In this document: in pieces, positions 24,303 to 36,384 of the stretch
Numbering within the stretch: the stretch's first letter is position 1
Layout: every line of letters begins with the position of its first letter
Source: Phoronis australis
Lineage: Eukaryota; Animalia; Phoronida
Reading direction: 5' to 3'
Assembly (NCBI GenBank): GCA_002633005.1
Contig: NMRA01000217.1
Coordinates: 372,001-436,000, forward strand
Length of the DNA stretch: 64,000 nt
The notes under the pieces: generated by a model
The model's database searches: none
Told to the model about the DNA's origin: nothing
Seen by the model: the letters and a program-made list of their open reading frames with translations, nothing else
Translations under genes and position numbers: made by a program

Positions 24303-24458
24303 ACTGGCGGATTTAGAGGGGGGCCAAGGGGGCCATGCCCCCCTAACTTCTCCCAGATTCCATTAGGCAGTTCTGGGGTGCGAATGTCTTACGGGCAAAA
24401 TCCCGGGTTAATACTCTGCCCTGCCCCCTCCTAACTCAAAATCCTGGATCCGCCCCTG
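24303..24458. mobile_element. Short MITE with GGCGGAT-type termini
   Basis: CTGGCGGATTTAGAGGGGGGCCAAGGGGGCCATGCCCCCC ... CCTGGATCCGCCCCTG, flanked by TA. Confidence 0.6.
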
Positions 24459-24673
24459 TATAATTCGTACACTCCTTGATTCTACTTAGCCATTCCGACT
24501 ACTTTGAGCGCATGAGAGCATATATTATCAGAAGTGAAGAATTCGAAAACTTAATTTTAGCCAGAAATATAGCTGTTACCTAGAAAATCACGTGATTGGG
24601 CGAAGTGCCACCTCGTAGGCAGAATCAATGAGATAAATATAAATATATTATGTATATATAGCTCACTGGGCAT

Positions 24674-25831
24674 AATGGTGAATGTTGACGACCCTTTTGT
24701 ACCTCAGACGTCACACGTACGCTGGCTCCCCTAGTAGAGGTAACCAAGTTCATAGACCAGTTGTGGAAAGCTTAGTGGCCCTGACAGGCGAACCGATTTG
24801 AATTGTAGGACGTAGAGTCATTGTTTTTGTAGAAACATAACGTCAGAAAAAATGAATGGTGTATAAAATCAACTTCATGTAGATAATTGTAAATGTCATA
24901 TTAAGTCACCAGTTATGAGTGAAACGTTGCTGTGGTTATGGCGTGAATCGGTGTAGCCTACGTCTTTTGTCATGAAACACTACGGAAAGTTTTCGAGCAA
25001 CTTTTGTCAATAGTTCTGGCTATGCCAGTGAACCACAGAATATTTAATACATCAAGCGCTGACCTTTTTCGCACCAATTAATCAAATTTGTCAAATAAGA
25101 AAATCAGGCAGGAATAACCTGCTATGAAAGTGCTGTAGCCGGGTTTTGTGAAGATTGACATTCATAAAAAACTTTCTATGAAAACATATTTTGACTGATC
25201 ATTTTGTATTGAAATCAGAACATTGCAGGCTCTGCAAAGGAAGGTCAATTAGGATACCAGTGCCCAGTTTGTTTACACAACTGGCAACTCTACTAAGGGT
25301 GATGACACCATTTGTATTCCAGGCCACAGACTGTTGTTCTTCAGTGGAAATATTGATGGATATGTAGGCGAATCTTGGCAATGTAATGTGGGTCGATTTT
25401 GAACAAAAGCATTCCGTTGTGGTCGACAAAACTTTCAGAATTATAGAGAAAAATGAAATAACCGAATGCTCGGCCACATTCCACCCATAGACAGCAGACG
25501 TCTTATCACTGCCGTAAATCGAAAGTGAAACGTAAACACAACCTCTGCATACTTGACAGCTGGCCATTGCAGTATCGGACAGTCAGATGAGCAAAATTAT
25601 TTATCATTCTGCATCCTCAGAACTCACCATGTAACATACATTCTTAATTCTGAACTTTTGAGGATTAAAGAAGATTACATTACAGAGAATTATTTGTTAC
25701 AAATCTATATGTAACTCGTCTGATGCTACTTAATTCAGTAACTTCAGTGGTTAACTCATGAGCTCCACTGGGGGGCGCCAGCAAGCGTGTGACGTCAGAG
25801 GTACAAAGGGTCTTTGTCAACATCAACCATT
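24674..25831. mobile_element. ~1.16-kb element with ~70-bp terminal inverted repeats, just upstream of the cephalotoxin-like gene
   Basis: AATGGTGAATGTTGACGACCCTTTTGTACCTCAGACGTCACACG...CCCCTAGTAGAG (24674-24740) mirrors CTCCACTGGGGGGCGCCAGCAAGCGTGTGACGTCAGAGGTACAAAGGGTCTTTGTCAACATCAACCATT (25763-25831). Confidence 0.7.
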
Positions 25832-26152
25832 CTGCACCTCGTAGTCATCAAGCTCTTGTGGAAGAGTGCACAACTTCTGCGAATTTGGCGAGATCAAGCA
25901 AGACCACACAAAATTACGCGAGTGAAAGGAGGTGTTTAAAGGGCACGGTCCGACCTTAATTGCGAAAATTAGCAATCTGGAACCATTGGAATACTTATGA
26001 GATAGGCGATTTTTCACCGCAACCGCATGTCTCTCCACTGAGTGTCTTGCGTTTACGGCGCCCCTGGATGTATGTAGTTTCTGTTAATATTAACCACTGA
26101 GCCAGTTAGAGTCACTGGAGATATACCACCACTTCGCCACCGTTTTGTAGCA

Positions 26153-29100
26153 ATGATCGTTGCTCATTGTTTAGTTTGGTGGAGCGTGGTGTGTATGGCA
26201 ACTATAATTTCGCCATCCAACGCCAAGCTGAACTCTAGCGATACCGCTGTCAAAATGGAAATGGCTCAATATCGCACGAAGGAAATTGCAAGAATCATAG
26301 AGAAGGAAACAACGATAGTTCGACGTGCTTTTGAATCAACATGGGACTCCCGCGTGATCAAAGGCCTTTTAAAGACAGCATCATTGATTTCCCAATTTTT
26401 CGACGTTGTTGATGTTTTTTCCTTTTTTGTCGACATTATTGATTTGTTTGAGAACACTCAAGGTCACATTCTGGAAGAGATTGAAAAACTGAGCAAAAGC
26501 ATAGACTTTTTGAGCGACCAGCTTGACCAAATGCAACAAGAATTGAAAAATGCTTTTGTTTACAATGAATTATTGTCCGATTTCAATGATGTTACGAACG
26601 CAGTTGAAAACAGTGACAAGAAACTGAGACAAGTACTGCAGTATTTAGCGACCGTGAAAAGTGAAAGGAAAGTTTGGAAATTAGCAGAAGAGTACGTGAA
26701 CCGTTACGATGGGAATAACATCGATTTGCATATTGACAATTTGATATTGATGACTACACAACAAGAAACAGAAACACGGAACAACATTTTTGACAGGTAA
26801 GATATTTCAAATTGGACACCTAAAGGAATCGGAACAAAGAAGGCCATTTCGTGTAAACGGCCTCTGTACAAGCTCTGGTACAGCTGGAAACTTAGTAAGT
26901 AGGAATTCTGTTAAAATACAAAACGACTAAGGTCTTCGTGAAGCTGTAAAACCGACTCGGGCTTTCGTAAAAAATCGCAAAATGCTGCCGTTAGCATTGC
27001 GCCACTAGTGCGGACAGTGTCGTAGGCCACACATGACATGTACATGTAAGCTCATAGCAGAATCTCAGTTTGATAAAATCAGAAGCTTAGAACGACAGTC
27101 CCATCGAAGTCTTGATAAACAAAAGCCACATGTTGCAAGTAGTTTATCCCGTTCAATCAGGCATCTTTTTGATCACATCACGTGACCTAATGAATATAAG
27201 TCCAAAAAGATTTCTGCCCCCGACTACGACAGCCACATGCTACATAAAGTCATACCCAACAGACGCCTTGGCAGGCTTGGAGTCACATAATAATGACCCA
27301 GATTCTAAACCAGGGTCATATTATTCACTTCTGCAATAAATAAATTAGCCTACCCTGAACTTCACTGGCACACAGAACGGAAAAAAAAAACATTGAACAA
27401 ATTAAATACCACGCACTTGCGGTAGCTTGATCACACTAGGGTACACAGAACGGAAATAAGATTGAATAAAAACATTTAAACGCATTTATCTTATGTCAGT
27501 ATTGTCATCCCTCGGTGCACAGAACAGATGGAAGACTGAATAGATTACAATACTGTGCACTTAAGTGTACGGATGACCCTGGAAAAATTTACAAATTTGG
27601 CTAACTTCGAAAAATTTCTCACAAAGGGCAGCCTGATTCACACGAAACTTTCAAATATTTTGCTTTATGTAATATTCTCCAGAATGGGCTAGGAATTGTA
27701 TATCAAAACTTGGAACTGTTATGGTATTCATGAAAGAACTCGAGTTGCATCAGAGGTATACGAAATAGTTTAGAAAACTGTAACAGTGTTTTTGAGATTT
27801 TATCTTTAACATTAATATTTCATATGTAAAACGAAAATCCTTAATATTATTGATGTCATTGTTTTGCACTTTCATTTTTTATAAATTTCAATGAAAGACA
27901 TGGTCGCGTGACCCAATTAATGGAGAATTGGTAAAAAGTCTACTTTCAGAAAAAATGCAGTTTTACTAAACTAAAATCTACAAGTTTGGAGATATTTGGA
28001 TAAATACCGGTACATAAACTTCTCGATAACGTCCTACATAATCGGTTATAAACACGACTTACTTCATCAATCTATCTAATTTTGACAGGCTCTTACGTAC
28101 TGTTAAGAAATTAGTCTCGAACTGTTCCTTAGTCAAATTAGGTGTGATTTGTGGGTTTTGAAAGAACTGACAAATCCCTATTATTGCGTCAGGCCAGATT
28201 CTACAAGATGAGTTGTCACGGCATGTCGCGGCATTGTTCGCCAAGTATAGTGTAAAGCAATAACGAACTGCCAGTTTATTGCAAGATCAAAAAAATCTCT
28301 GCTCACCTGTGTGAGGGCTAAGGAATAAACTGACACCAATTTTACTGGTCTGAATCAAAAATCAGCTTGTGAATGAATGTCTGGGACGTGTTGCCTCATG
28401 ACATAAGCTTTCCGTACCTAACTTATCACAGTGGACACCCTCTCTCAAGCAACTAGAAAACTGGGCTACGCTCCGTAAATCTAAGGCAACCGCGAGAAAA
28501 GTTAATGGTAGTCACGTGCTTCTGTTGTAATGCAAGGTGATATCTCGCGAAGCTTCAAATAACCTTGAATTTTCGCGTACCTGATTGTAACTGTTAATGT
28601 ATTTCAGATTTATTGTAGAAAAGGGTTGCGACGTCAAGAAACTGGCAATAATTATGCTGCAAGTGAAGCGAGTGGTGGCGCTCGCTGCCCGACAAGTTAT
28701 GGCGTACCATGTCTTTAAAGGAGACGGCGACAGGGGTGCTAGGAGGTCCACAGACATGAAGAGAGCCATGTACAAAATTCGCCGCGTGTTTCAGTGGAAA
28801 GTATGGCAGTGCATGGGATATACACGTGAGCTTGCTCAAGCTGACGTCGTAAAGATCTTAAAGTCGATGAGAAACTTCCCTGACGAAACAGTTGTTGACG
28901 CAGTCTTCGGCGAGTTAGCTGAGAGGTAAGGTGACTCGATCAACGATCCCAGTCCCATTTCATTTTGTTAAAAACTTAAAACGCCCTAAACGTTAAGAGA
29001 ATAGGAGGTAGTGTGGCCTAGCGGAATAGCTCTTCGCATCCGTTGCTGAAGGTCGTGGGTTCAAATCCTAGCCGGTGCAGCACACTGCTAGTCTTGAGTC

Positions 29101-31387
29101 AAGCTCTGGCTCCTCAGCTAGGTTCACCATATAGCCTTGATAAAACTTAAAAATCATTTTGCTGGGGATGGAGATGGGCAAGAGGGACGGGTGGGGCGGG
29201 GGGTTGGAAGATGAGAGACGTGTGGGGTTACCAATGATGTATGGGAGGAGGAAGAGAGATGTGAAACATTTCTGTTCAATTGTCCATAATGAAACTTACA
29301 GATATCCATGGTATTCCTGGGCAGTAGCGTCGATTGACAAACACCAACGACGTCGTAAAGAGTGGAAAGGCCAAACTTACTTCACTGCGGAAGACGGAGA
29401 CAAAAGGACGCTTCTCGTTGTGTACTATGGAGAAGAATCATTTGCGAGTTGTTTCGACTTACCAAAGGCCGAGACCTTGGTAAACTTTAGAATATGTGCT
29501 GACTGCGAATGGGTTAAATACATGAACGCTTCTGAAGAGAAATTCCTTACCAAACAAAGGTGTAGCTATTTAACACCAGACTCCACAGACAGGTTCAAGG
29601 ACTTCATAGCAGCTGGAACACAAACAAGTGTCGACTCATGTAAAGTTGGGAAGAAATGCAGTGGCAACGGAGTATGTAATTCTGTTCCTCACTCAAAGAC
29701 TATTCTGTGTATATGCAACGACTTTGTTGAAGGGGAATCGTGCGATATTACCGTCAATCCGGATGATTCAGAGAAAATTGTGGAGCTGATTGCAAGTTTG
29801 AGAGAAGACGTCAATCGTGCTTTTAAAGTACCAACGACAGTCGACACATACTTTCAAATTCTCAATCTTTCGGCTAAGATTGACTCCTTGAAGCGAGACC
29901 TGATTTCTGTAATGACAAATTGGGAAGTGATAAAAGATGCTGATCTTGTCGTTGGGTTCTATATTAAAATGAAGAAAGGAAATGTAGATTTTGATACATT
30001 CGGGCACACAATTCAAAAGCACTTATTGACAATATCGGAACTTAAATTGACGACAAGTCTATATAACGGGATTCTCGCCAAAGGTCTTCTAGGCTCACCT
30101 GGTAACGATTTCTATAATATTTTTAAAAAGCAATGGTTTGATAAGAATCCACAAAGCCTTTGTACTGAGGAATACAACACCGCGGTTTCGCGGTTGATGC
30201 GGAATTTAGCCACGCTTGATCAAAATTTGGGCGAAGCTTTGATCATGTACAGGGAATGGCTTAGAAAAACGCAAGCGAAAACACAACAAGAGCGCGATCA
30301 ATTCTTTGAGGAAGCAGATAACCTAAAGACAGAATTTGAATCACGGCAACGTCACTATCAAGATTACTGGACGAAACACAGCTGTGGAGATTTGAAGCTA
30401 AGCGAACTAAGTAACGGAAAGGTCTGTAAAGACCAGCTGAGTTACGAAGGGATGACTGTCTCGGTGGCTTGCGGTCATCAGCGTGTGCCAGAGTATATTG
30501 CTTATGAATGCAAAAATAAAGGAAACGTTTTGAACTGGGTTCCAAAAGGGAAATGTTTTTATCGGTGGGGGGCGTGGGGAAGTTGGAGCCGGTGCTCAAG
30601 GTCTTGCGGTGGTGGTATTCAGATGCGTAGGAGAGCATGTAAAGGCACGACCAACGTTGAAGACTGCAAAAAGGACAACAACAACACGCCCGCACTAGAA
30701 CAGCGACGATGCAAAACCATTGACTGTTGCACTGCTAAGAAAATGTTCAAGTGTCCCTCGGGCAAATGTATACCTCTTAGATATGTGTGCGACGACGATA
30801 ATGACTGCGGTGACAATGCTGACGAAAACAACTTGTCATGTCCCGGTGCATTGCGGTCTGGTGATGTCGTTGCTTTGAGAAATCATAAAACAGGCAAGTG
30901 GTTTGGATGTTGGCACTGGCAGTGTGCACTGACCAGTTGTAACGTTTACGGAAAACCATGGAATAAATGCAGAGGAGAAAAATTTCGGTTTATAAGTTTG
31001 TCTCGAAGGGAAGGGTCCATTCTCCGGCATGGTGACGAAGTCGGCGTCCAGTACAATCTTCATCACGACAATTGGCTAAGTTGTTGGAATCTCGAATGTG
31101 GGCGCTCCACTTGTCCTGGCTATTCTGTACCTACTTCTAGCTGCAATGGAGAGCGATTCCAAATATTCTCTTCCGCGCGAAAAGGCAAGTGTAAAGACGG
31201 CGAGGTTAGCTGTCGTGGAGATTATATCAGAAAGAATGATTACGTATCCATTCGCTATACCCATAAAGAGAAGTGGGTTGGGCCAAACAGACATGGGGAA
31301 ATTTTACGGATGAGTTATGGGCATACTTTTGGTTTTTTCGGATACTATTACCGTTCATTACCGCGTTGGCAAATTGTGACACGCTAA
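26153..31387 (+). CDS. SE-cephalotoxin-like secreted protein, 1015 aa (signal peptide, coiled-coil N-terminus, EGF, helical region, Sushi/CCP-like, TSP1, LDLa, C-terminal three-repeat domain)
   Basis: Exons 26153-26796, 28608-28925, 29302-31387 (both introns phase 2, GT-AG; 3048 nt). EGF CSGNGVC...[12 protein letters not shown] (~29640-29745), TSP1 [25 protein letters not shown] (~30566), LDLa [27 protein letters not shown] (~30745-30830); domain order and size match my recollection of Sepia esculenta cephalotoxin. Confidence 0.88.
27365..27560 (+). repeat. Degenerate tandem repeat, about 3 units of ~75 bp
   Basis: Recurrent CACAGAAC(GGAAA)...(A/C)TTGAA at ~27370, ~27444 and ~27518 in intron 1 of the cephalotoxin-like gene. 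Confidence 0.5.
29007..29120 (+). mobile_element. tRNA-derived SINE head in intron 2 of the cephalotoxin-like gene
   Basis: A-box TGGCCTAGCGG (29014-29024), B-box GGTTCAAATCC (29058-29068); no convincing cloverleaf. Confidence 0.6.
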
Positions 31388-31659
31388 CTTTCAGGTCAGT
31401 GACATCTGAAAACTGAGTTTTATACCTCTCATGTTTTGTAAGAGTCTTCTTTTGTGATAACGGTTTTGATTAGTTTGTACACATCAACTTTACAACACGT
31501 ACGTGTAATTCGAATTATACATATGGAAATACATAATTTATAAAACTATTTTAACAGCTAGTCTATGTCATTCCTTGCAGGCACAGGTCTTCCAACCAAC
31601 ACTGCCTGCGTTTGGCAGTAAATAATTATTATTTAAATGTGAACCCACCCCCCCAAAAA

Positions 31660-31810
31660 TCGCCTTTGCATTACACCCAGATTTCCCGTTCAATCACTTG
31701 CATACACTCATTGCTAATACCAAGCTTAAAGGAATAGGAGACGCCTTTGTGCAATGCTCGATTGGCAGCCAGTAACTTAAAAGTAAGGATTCGAATCCGG
31801 GTCCCACCCG
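31660..31810 (-). mobile_element. tRNA-derived SINE, second copy of the 17715-17890 family
   Basis: Reverse complement GGGACCCGGATTCGAATCC...CGAGCATTGCACAAAGGCGTCTC...GTATGCAAG...TAATGCAAAGGCG aligns with the 17715 copy. Confidence 0.65.
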
Positions 31811-31978
31811 TGCAACAGGAGACACTGTTCAGAAACGTATGTTCTCTGACTTGAAATTTTACGGATACACGTTTAAATGTAAACACTGTAATTAACGAAT
31901 GGGGCCCGTTAACGTTATTTTGATATTTGCGACAACCGGGGAAGAAGGTGGCACTATAGATTAATGGATTAATGGGGG

Positions 31979-31983
31979 NNNNN
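31979..31983. other. Assembly gap or ambiguous bases (5 N) inside a G run
   Basis: nnnnn between GGGGG and GGGGGG. Confidence 0.99.
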
Positions 31984-34900
31984 GGGGGGTGACCTGCTCA
32001 TGGAAGGAAGCAGCGCTACCAGCTACCATGCACTTTTGACGTAATCGGGGAAGACGTCGCAAATTTCCCCCTCGTTTTGTGAATCTTATAATTGCATTTT
32101 AGATACAGGGGTTAATAATAACCGTCAACATTTTGACGTCGTTTGCGACGTGAAGGTGATAATCGCTGGGGTATAACTTACTGGTGAATCTACCAAGGCC
32201 ATGTTTCTAGGAAGTTCCAGATAATTAGTGAATTCAACGGTACAAAACCTGTCAAAAAGTTTTTATTTAGGCCACATGTGGTCATAAATTGACCTCAAAT
32301 TGTCTTTTGTCAAACCGGAGGTGATTTCAGGGCGTCAATAGAAACTTAATGACGGTTCGTTATTTCTTCAGACCAGGCTGATGAAATGTCAGGTCACGCG
32401 CGGCCGTGACCAAAAGTGACAAACTGTCAGTTCTTTACGAGCCCAGCGATTACTTCCAAACAAAGCGAGGAACAATATTAGACCAATTCTATAATGGTTA
32501 GTGGTCTAAATTAAACTTACTTTTTGACAGAAAGCACGGATTTCACGCCACCTAACAGCTGAGAGGTGAATAATGGATGAGCTCCAACTTATCAAGCAAG
32601 CTATTGATTACAGCCAATCATGGCTCGGGAAATGTTAACTCTCCAATCGTCCACCATGTTACTGAACCACAAACATTCGTTCCCGACGGAAGCAGAAAGA
32701 CGTTTTAATTATCTATTAGCTTCTGGCGATTAAAACACAGATCAACAATTTACAGAAAACGAGCAAGGAAACGTCATTCCGAGATATAAAAACCTGGTCG
32801 ACTTCACGATCCGAGCAGACAAGGCTATTTAAGCTCGAATATAAGTAGGAATTAACTAGCCTAAATTTAAATAAAATCACCTTCCTAACGTGTTTCAAAT
32901 ATTTCATATGGAGTGAAATAGGCTACCAATTAATTGGAAAACAGCGTATGTGACCATACTGATTTGACTTGTGTATTCTTATTTCTACGCACCAGACCGC
33001 AAGTGGCTACCTATAGAAGTGCTATCTGGTTGATAGTCACCAAAGTCGTTGAAGACGCAAACTAGTTGAATCTAAGCGCACCGAAACTCCCTCCATTGTA
33101 GGCGACGTTCAAACGACTCAAAAGCTTCGTGTAAAAAAACTCCCGCCGGCGAAGGCTCAGTCCGAATATGACTTTTTGATGTGTGAGAAGGATGCAGTGG
33201 AAATTTCTCAAAAATTTTGTGTCTAAATTTGGTTACTTCAATAACTAGTTTTGGATGAAATAAAAAGTTGAGATTTGAAGTACGTCGACTTCGCATGGAA
33301 TTCCATCATTGGGTGATTCAAGTTTTCTCCTTTGACGAGTATGTGCCATACATGGAGAAAAATACGTTTGCTTGCTTGGCGGTGAATACGTGCCATATAC
33401 TGAAAATAATTCATTTACAAAATGTCATGTGTGGAGCACCTTTGGCAATTTAAGCGTCATCGAAAGGAGAGGCCTTCCGATAAGGGTGAAATAACTAAAA
33501 TTTGAAAGTTTCATTTTCCTTAACTATCTTTTAACGTCTGTTATTGTCCTTAATATCATCATCAAAACAGGGTAAAAACATTACTGGTTTACTAAGTCCT
33601 CATCGCGTCTATTATTTTCGCTGCTCAGCCTATTTTTACGACTTGGAAATTCGCGAATTTCATTCAAAATTTGCTCATTTCATATCATTTTCGGAAGCTG
33701 TCTGACACGGCAAGTTGCAGGCAGATTATGATCGCTTCAAATAATGAGTGTGCAGTATAATATAAAAATGAAAACTAACGGTCTATTGCAACAATTTAGG
33801 TCTAACATGCTGCATTTTGGTTTGAAAATAGATGAATTTCTATGATACTACTTTTAAAAAGATTGAAAATAAATACGCCAAAAAACGTTTTTCAAACAAC
33901 AACCAAAACAATGCCTTCTGCGTCACGGGCAGCAACAACGTCTGCGAAATTAGTAAAATCTGTCTTTGTTTTAATGCCGTCAAGGCAGCGGCCAATCATT
34001 GCGCAGAAGGTATTTTCCATAACCAAGTCTCAAATGGCTAAAACGATCAGCGCCATCTTGAGGCTCGAAACAACCTGTTTCTGGTATCAAAAATTATATA
34101 TCTATGTAAAATGTGCACATGTATTTTAATACTGAGATATTTGTCCCTTGTACATGCTTTAAAAAGTATAAACTACCGAGGCAACAATAGGAGAAACTAA
34201 AATAAGGTATAGATTAAGAATGTTATAACCTAAACTTTAACATGTTTTGCACAAAAAAAGGAAAAAACAGAATGAATACGTTATACATTATATTATACTG
34301 CAAGAAGAACCCAATACAAAGAAAAAACTAAAAATAAAAAATGTCTAGGCAGGCGTCACACAGTTGAAATTCATTATACAGCAAGAATCAGCTGTGATAG
34401 GCAAGGCACTTAACGATGCTGAGAAGATGCACAGATTCTGCAGTTGGATCAATGGAGCATTTTTCTGAATGGTTTGTAACAGGCAAGTTTTTGCAGCTGA
34501 GGAGAATGAATGAATAAATATCATTTCAATTATGTTTGGTGGAATAATAAAACAATTAAGAAGTTCTGGAAAAAAATACGCAAGTTCTTGGCTTTAGTGG
34601 GAGGTTTTGGTAATAATGTGTTGTGTGGTGGAAGTGATACACAAAATCGACGTATCTTTAGGAGACATTTCTTTGTCGTTTTGATGAATCAATATTGATA
34701 TCATCATGAAAATCTGAGAAAAAGGGGCATATTACAATACTTGTCGAAAAATTTTAGACACGAAATATGAAAATGTCGTTGAAGGAAAGAAGATTCCGGC
34801 AGTGACCGAAATAAAGGGTCAGTATGAGCTAGGATGTATGGTGAGGTAATATTTCGAACATCACGTGTCTGTAATCATTACTTTTAATCGGTGGCAGTTG

Positions 34901-36049
34901 TGGAAACCCCAACATGTTATAGCGTCAGTAAAGTGTGTTAAAATGAGAACTTTATAAATCAAAAGAAGAACAACTTGTGGAAACGTTCGTTTTAGATTGT
35001 GCAGTGTTGAAACGAATAGTTTAGTTTTGACTCACCAGATAAAGGTGGCTTTCATTCTAGCGATACCCGGCCTTAGACGGCTTTCTTTTTGCATGTCAAA
35101 TTGTTTTGATATTTGAAAGAAATCAATGACTATAATTATATATAATTACTGTCTTAGTAAAACTTTAGTTTAGTCCAGTATTTACCTTTGCCTACTACAA
35201 TTCCCATGCATTCGTGTCATTTTAAGTTGCTCTGCAGTAGTAATTAGGAACGACTTCATTGTGTTTCAGATGCATGACTATTTGTATTATGAATGGTTAA
35301 ATAAACTATTTATCTCCATCTACTTCATCGCAACGCCACCGCGTGGACTAGTTGAACGAATATCTTTCAGGTTCGTTAGCGATAGAGGTCACTGTAAACA
35401 AGGGAGTTGTGGGAACTTCCGTTTTGTGACGTCATATCTGTATTTTGTGACTGAGCTGGAGTTGCACGATTCTTTTCGCTCGTAATTCATATTTGGAGAC
35501 TTATTCCTCCAGGAAAGAAAGGTACTTGTATATTAACGATTTGTGACTGATTTCTATCAATCACTTGGGAAGTAGGCAGAAAGTCGTGCTTTCCACCGTC
35601 ATAAAAAGTGAACCGTGCAATCGGCAAATTCAAAAAGAATGAATCGTCGACGACGCCGATGGTTGATAGGGTTGATGGGTTGTCAACCAACTTTAACCCC
35701 GTTAACACGACTTACGACTCGTCTTGTTCTTTTAGTATTAATCATATGAGTTGTTTATAGTCCGATTCTAAAACCATAGTTCCTTGATATTTTCTGAATT
35801 CCCAAAAGTTAGGCATGTATGATGTATGACATACAAGTCACTGGGCACTGGCCTACCCCCCTGAAAATACTGGGAATAAAATCAAATGAAGCATACATAT
35901 GTACACAGTGGGTAATCAGAAACCATTACCATTACTCTGTACAAAATTTTGTTTAAATAATTACACCAGTCCATGAAAATCTGCTCAGTTTCACTCGAAC
36001 TTCACCTTGTTGGGTGCCATTTTGAGAAAGTTGCGCCGGTTGTTAAACA

Positions 36050-36384
36050 AACGTCCAACATGGCTGGCGCAGCACTGAAAAAAGTGGGTGTTGGACACAA
36101 ATCTTACAAATTCCATCAGATATCTTACTTTTTACAAAAGCCACGTGCCAGGAGTGCCAGGCCATATACTTCACTCAGTCTCTCATTTGCTGGTGCCTAA
36201 CTCACGTGACATCAATCGAAATTCTCTGTGGTTATTGTATTCGGTGAAAAAGTTGACGGCGACCAAAAAAAAGTGGACTTGGATTGCTTCGTTAAACTCA
36301 TCTTTACTCACGTAGACATGCTTCATCGAAGACATATATAGAACCAGAAAAGGATCATTGAAGAAAGTACTTGTAAGCACTTTG
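36050..36384 (+). promoter_or_regulatory. Likely SKP1 promoter and non-coding first exon; start approximate
   Basis: YY1-like AACATGGC (~36057), E-box/CRE-like CACGTG and TCACGTGAC, donor TTG|GTAAGA at 36384/5; the SKP1 ATG directly follows an acceptor, so an upstream non-coding exon is required. Confidence 0.5.

Noticed and set aside
25199-25567. 122-aa ORF inside the TIR element as a transposase
   Set aside because: No DDE or other recognisable motif in any frame.
29007-29080. Possible tRNA gene
   Set aside because: A and B boxes are present but acceptor and anticodon stems are not convincing; treated as a SINE head (likewise 17715-17780).
29159-29301. Neuropeptide-like GKR / YGRRKR motifs at the start of the 742-aa ORF
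   Set aside because: G-rich intron sequence read through in frame; the real exon starts at the acceptor at 29302.
33890-35070. Minus-strand gene starting MKATFI at ~35066 with a GTGAGT donor
   Set aside because: All downstream acceptors I tried give early in-frame stops; at most a non-coding transcript.
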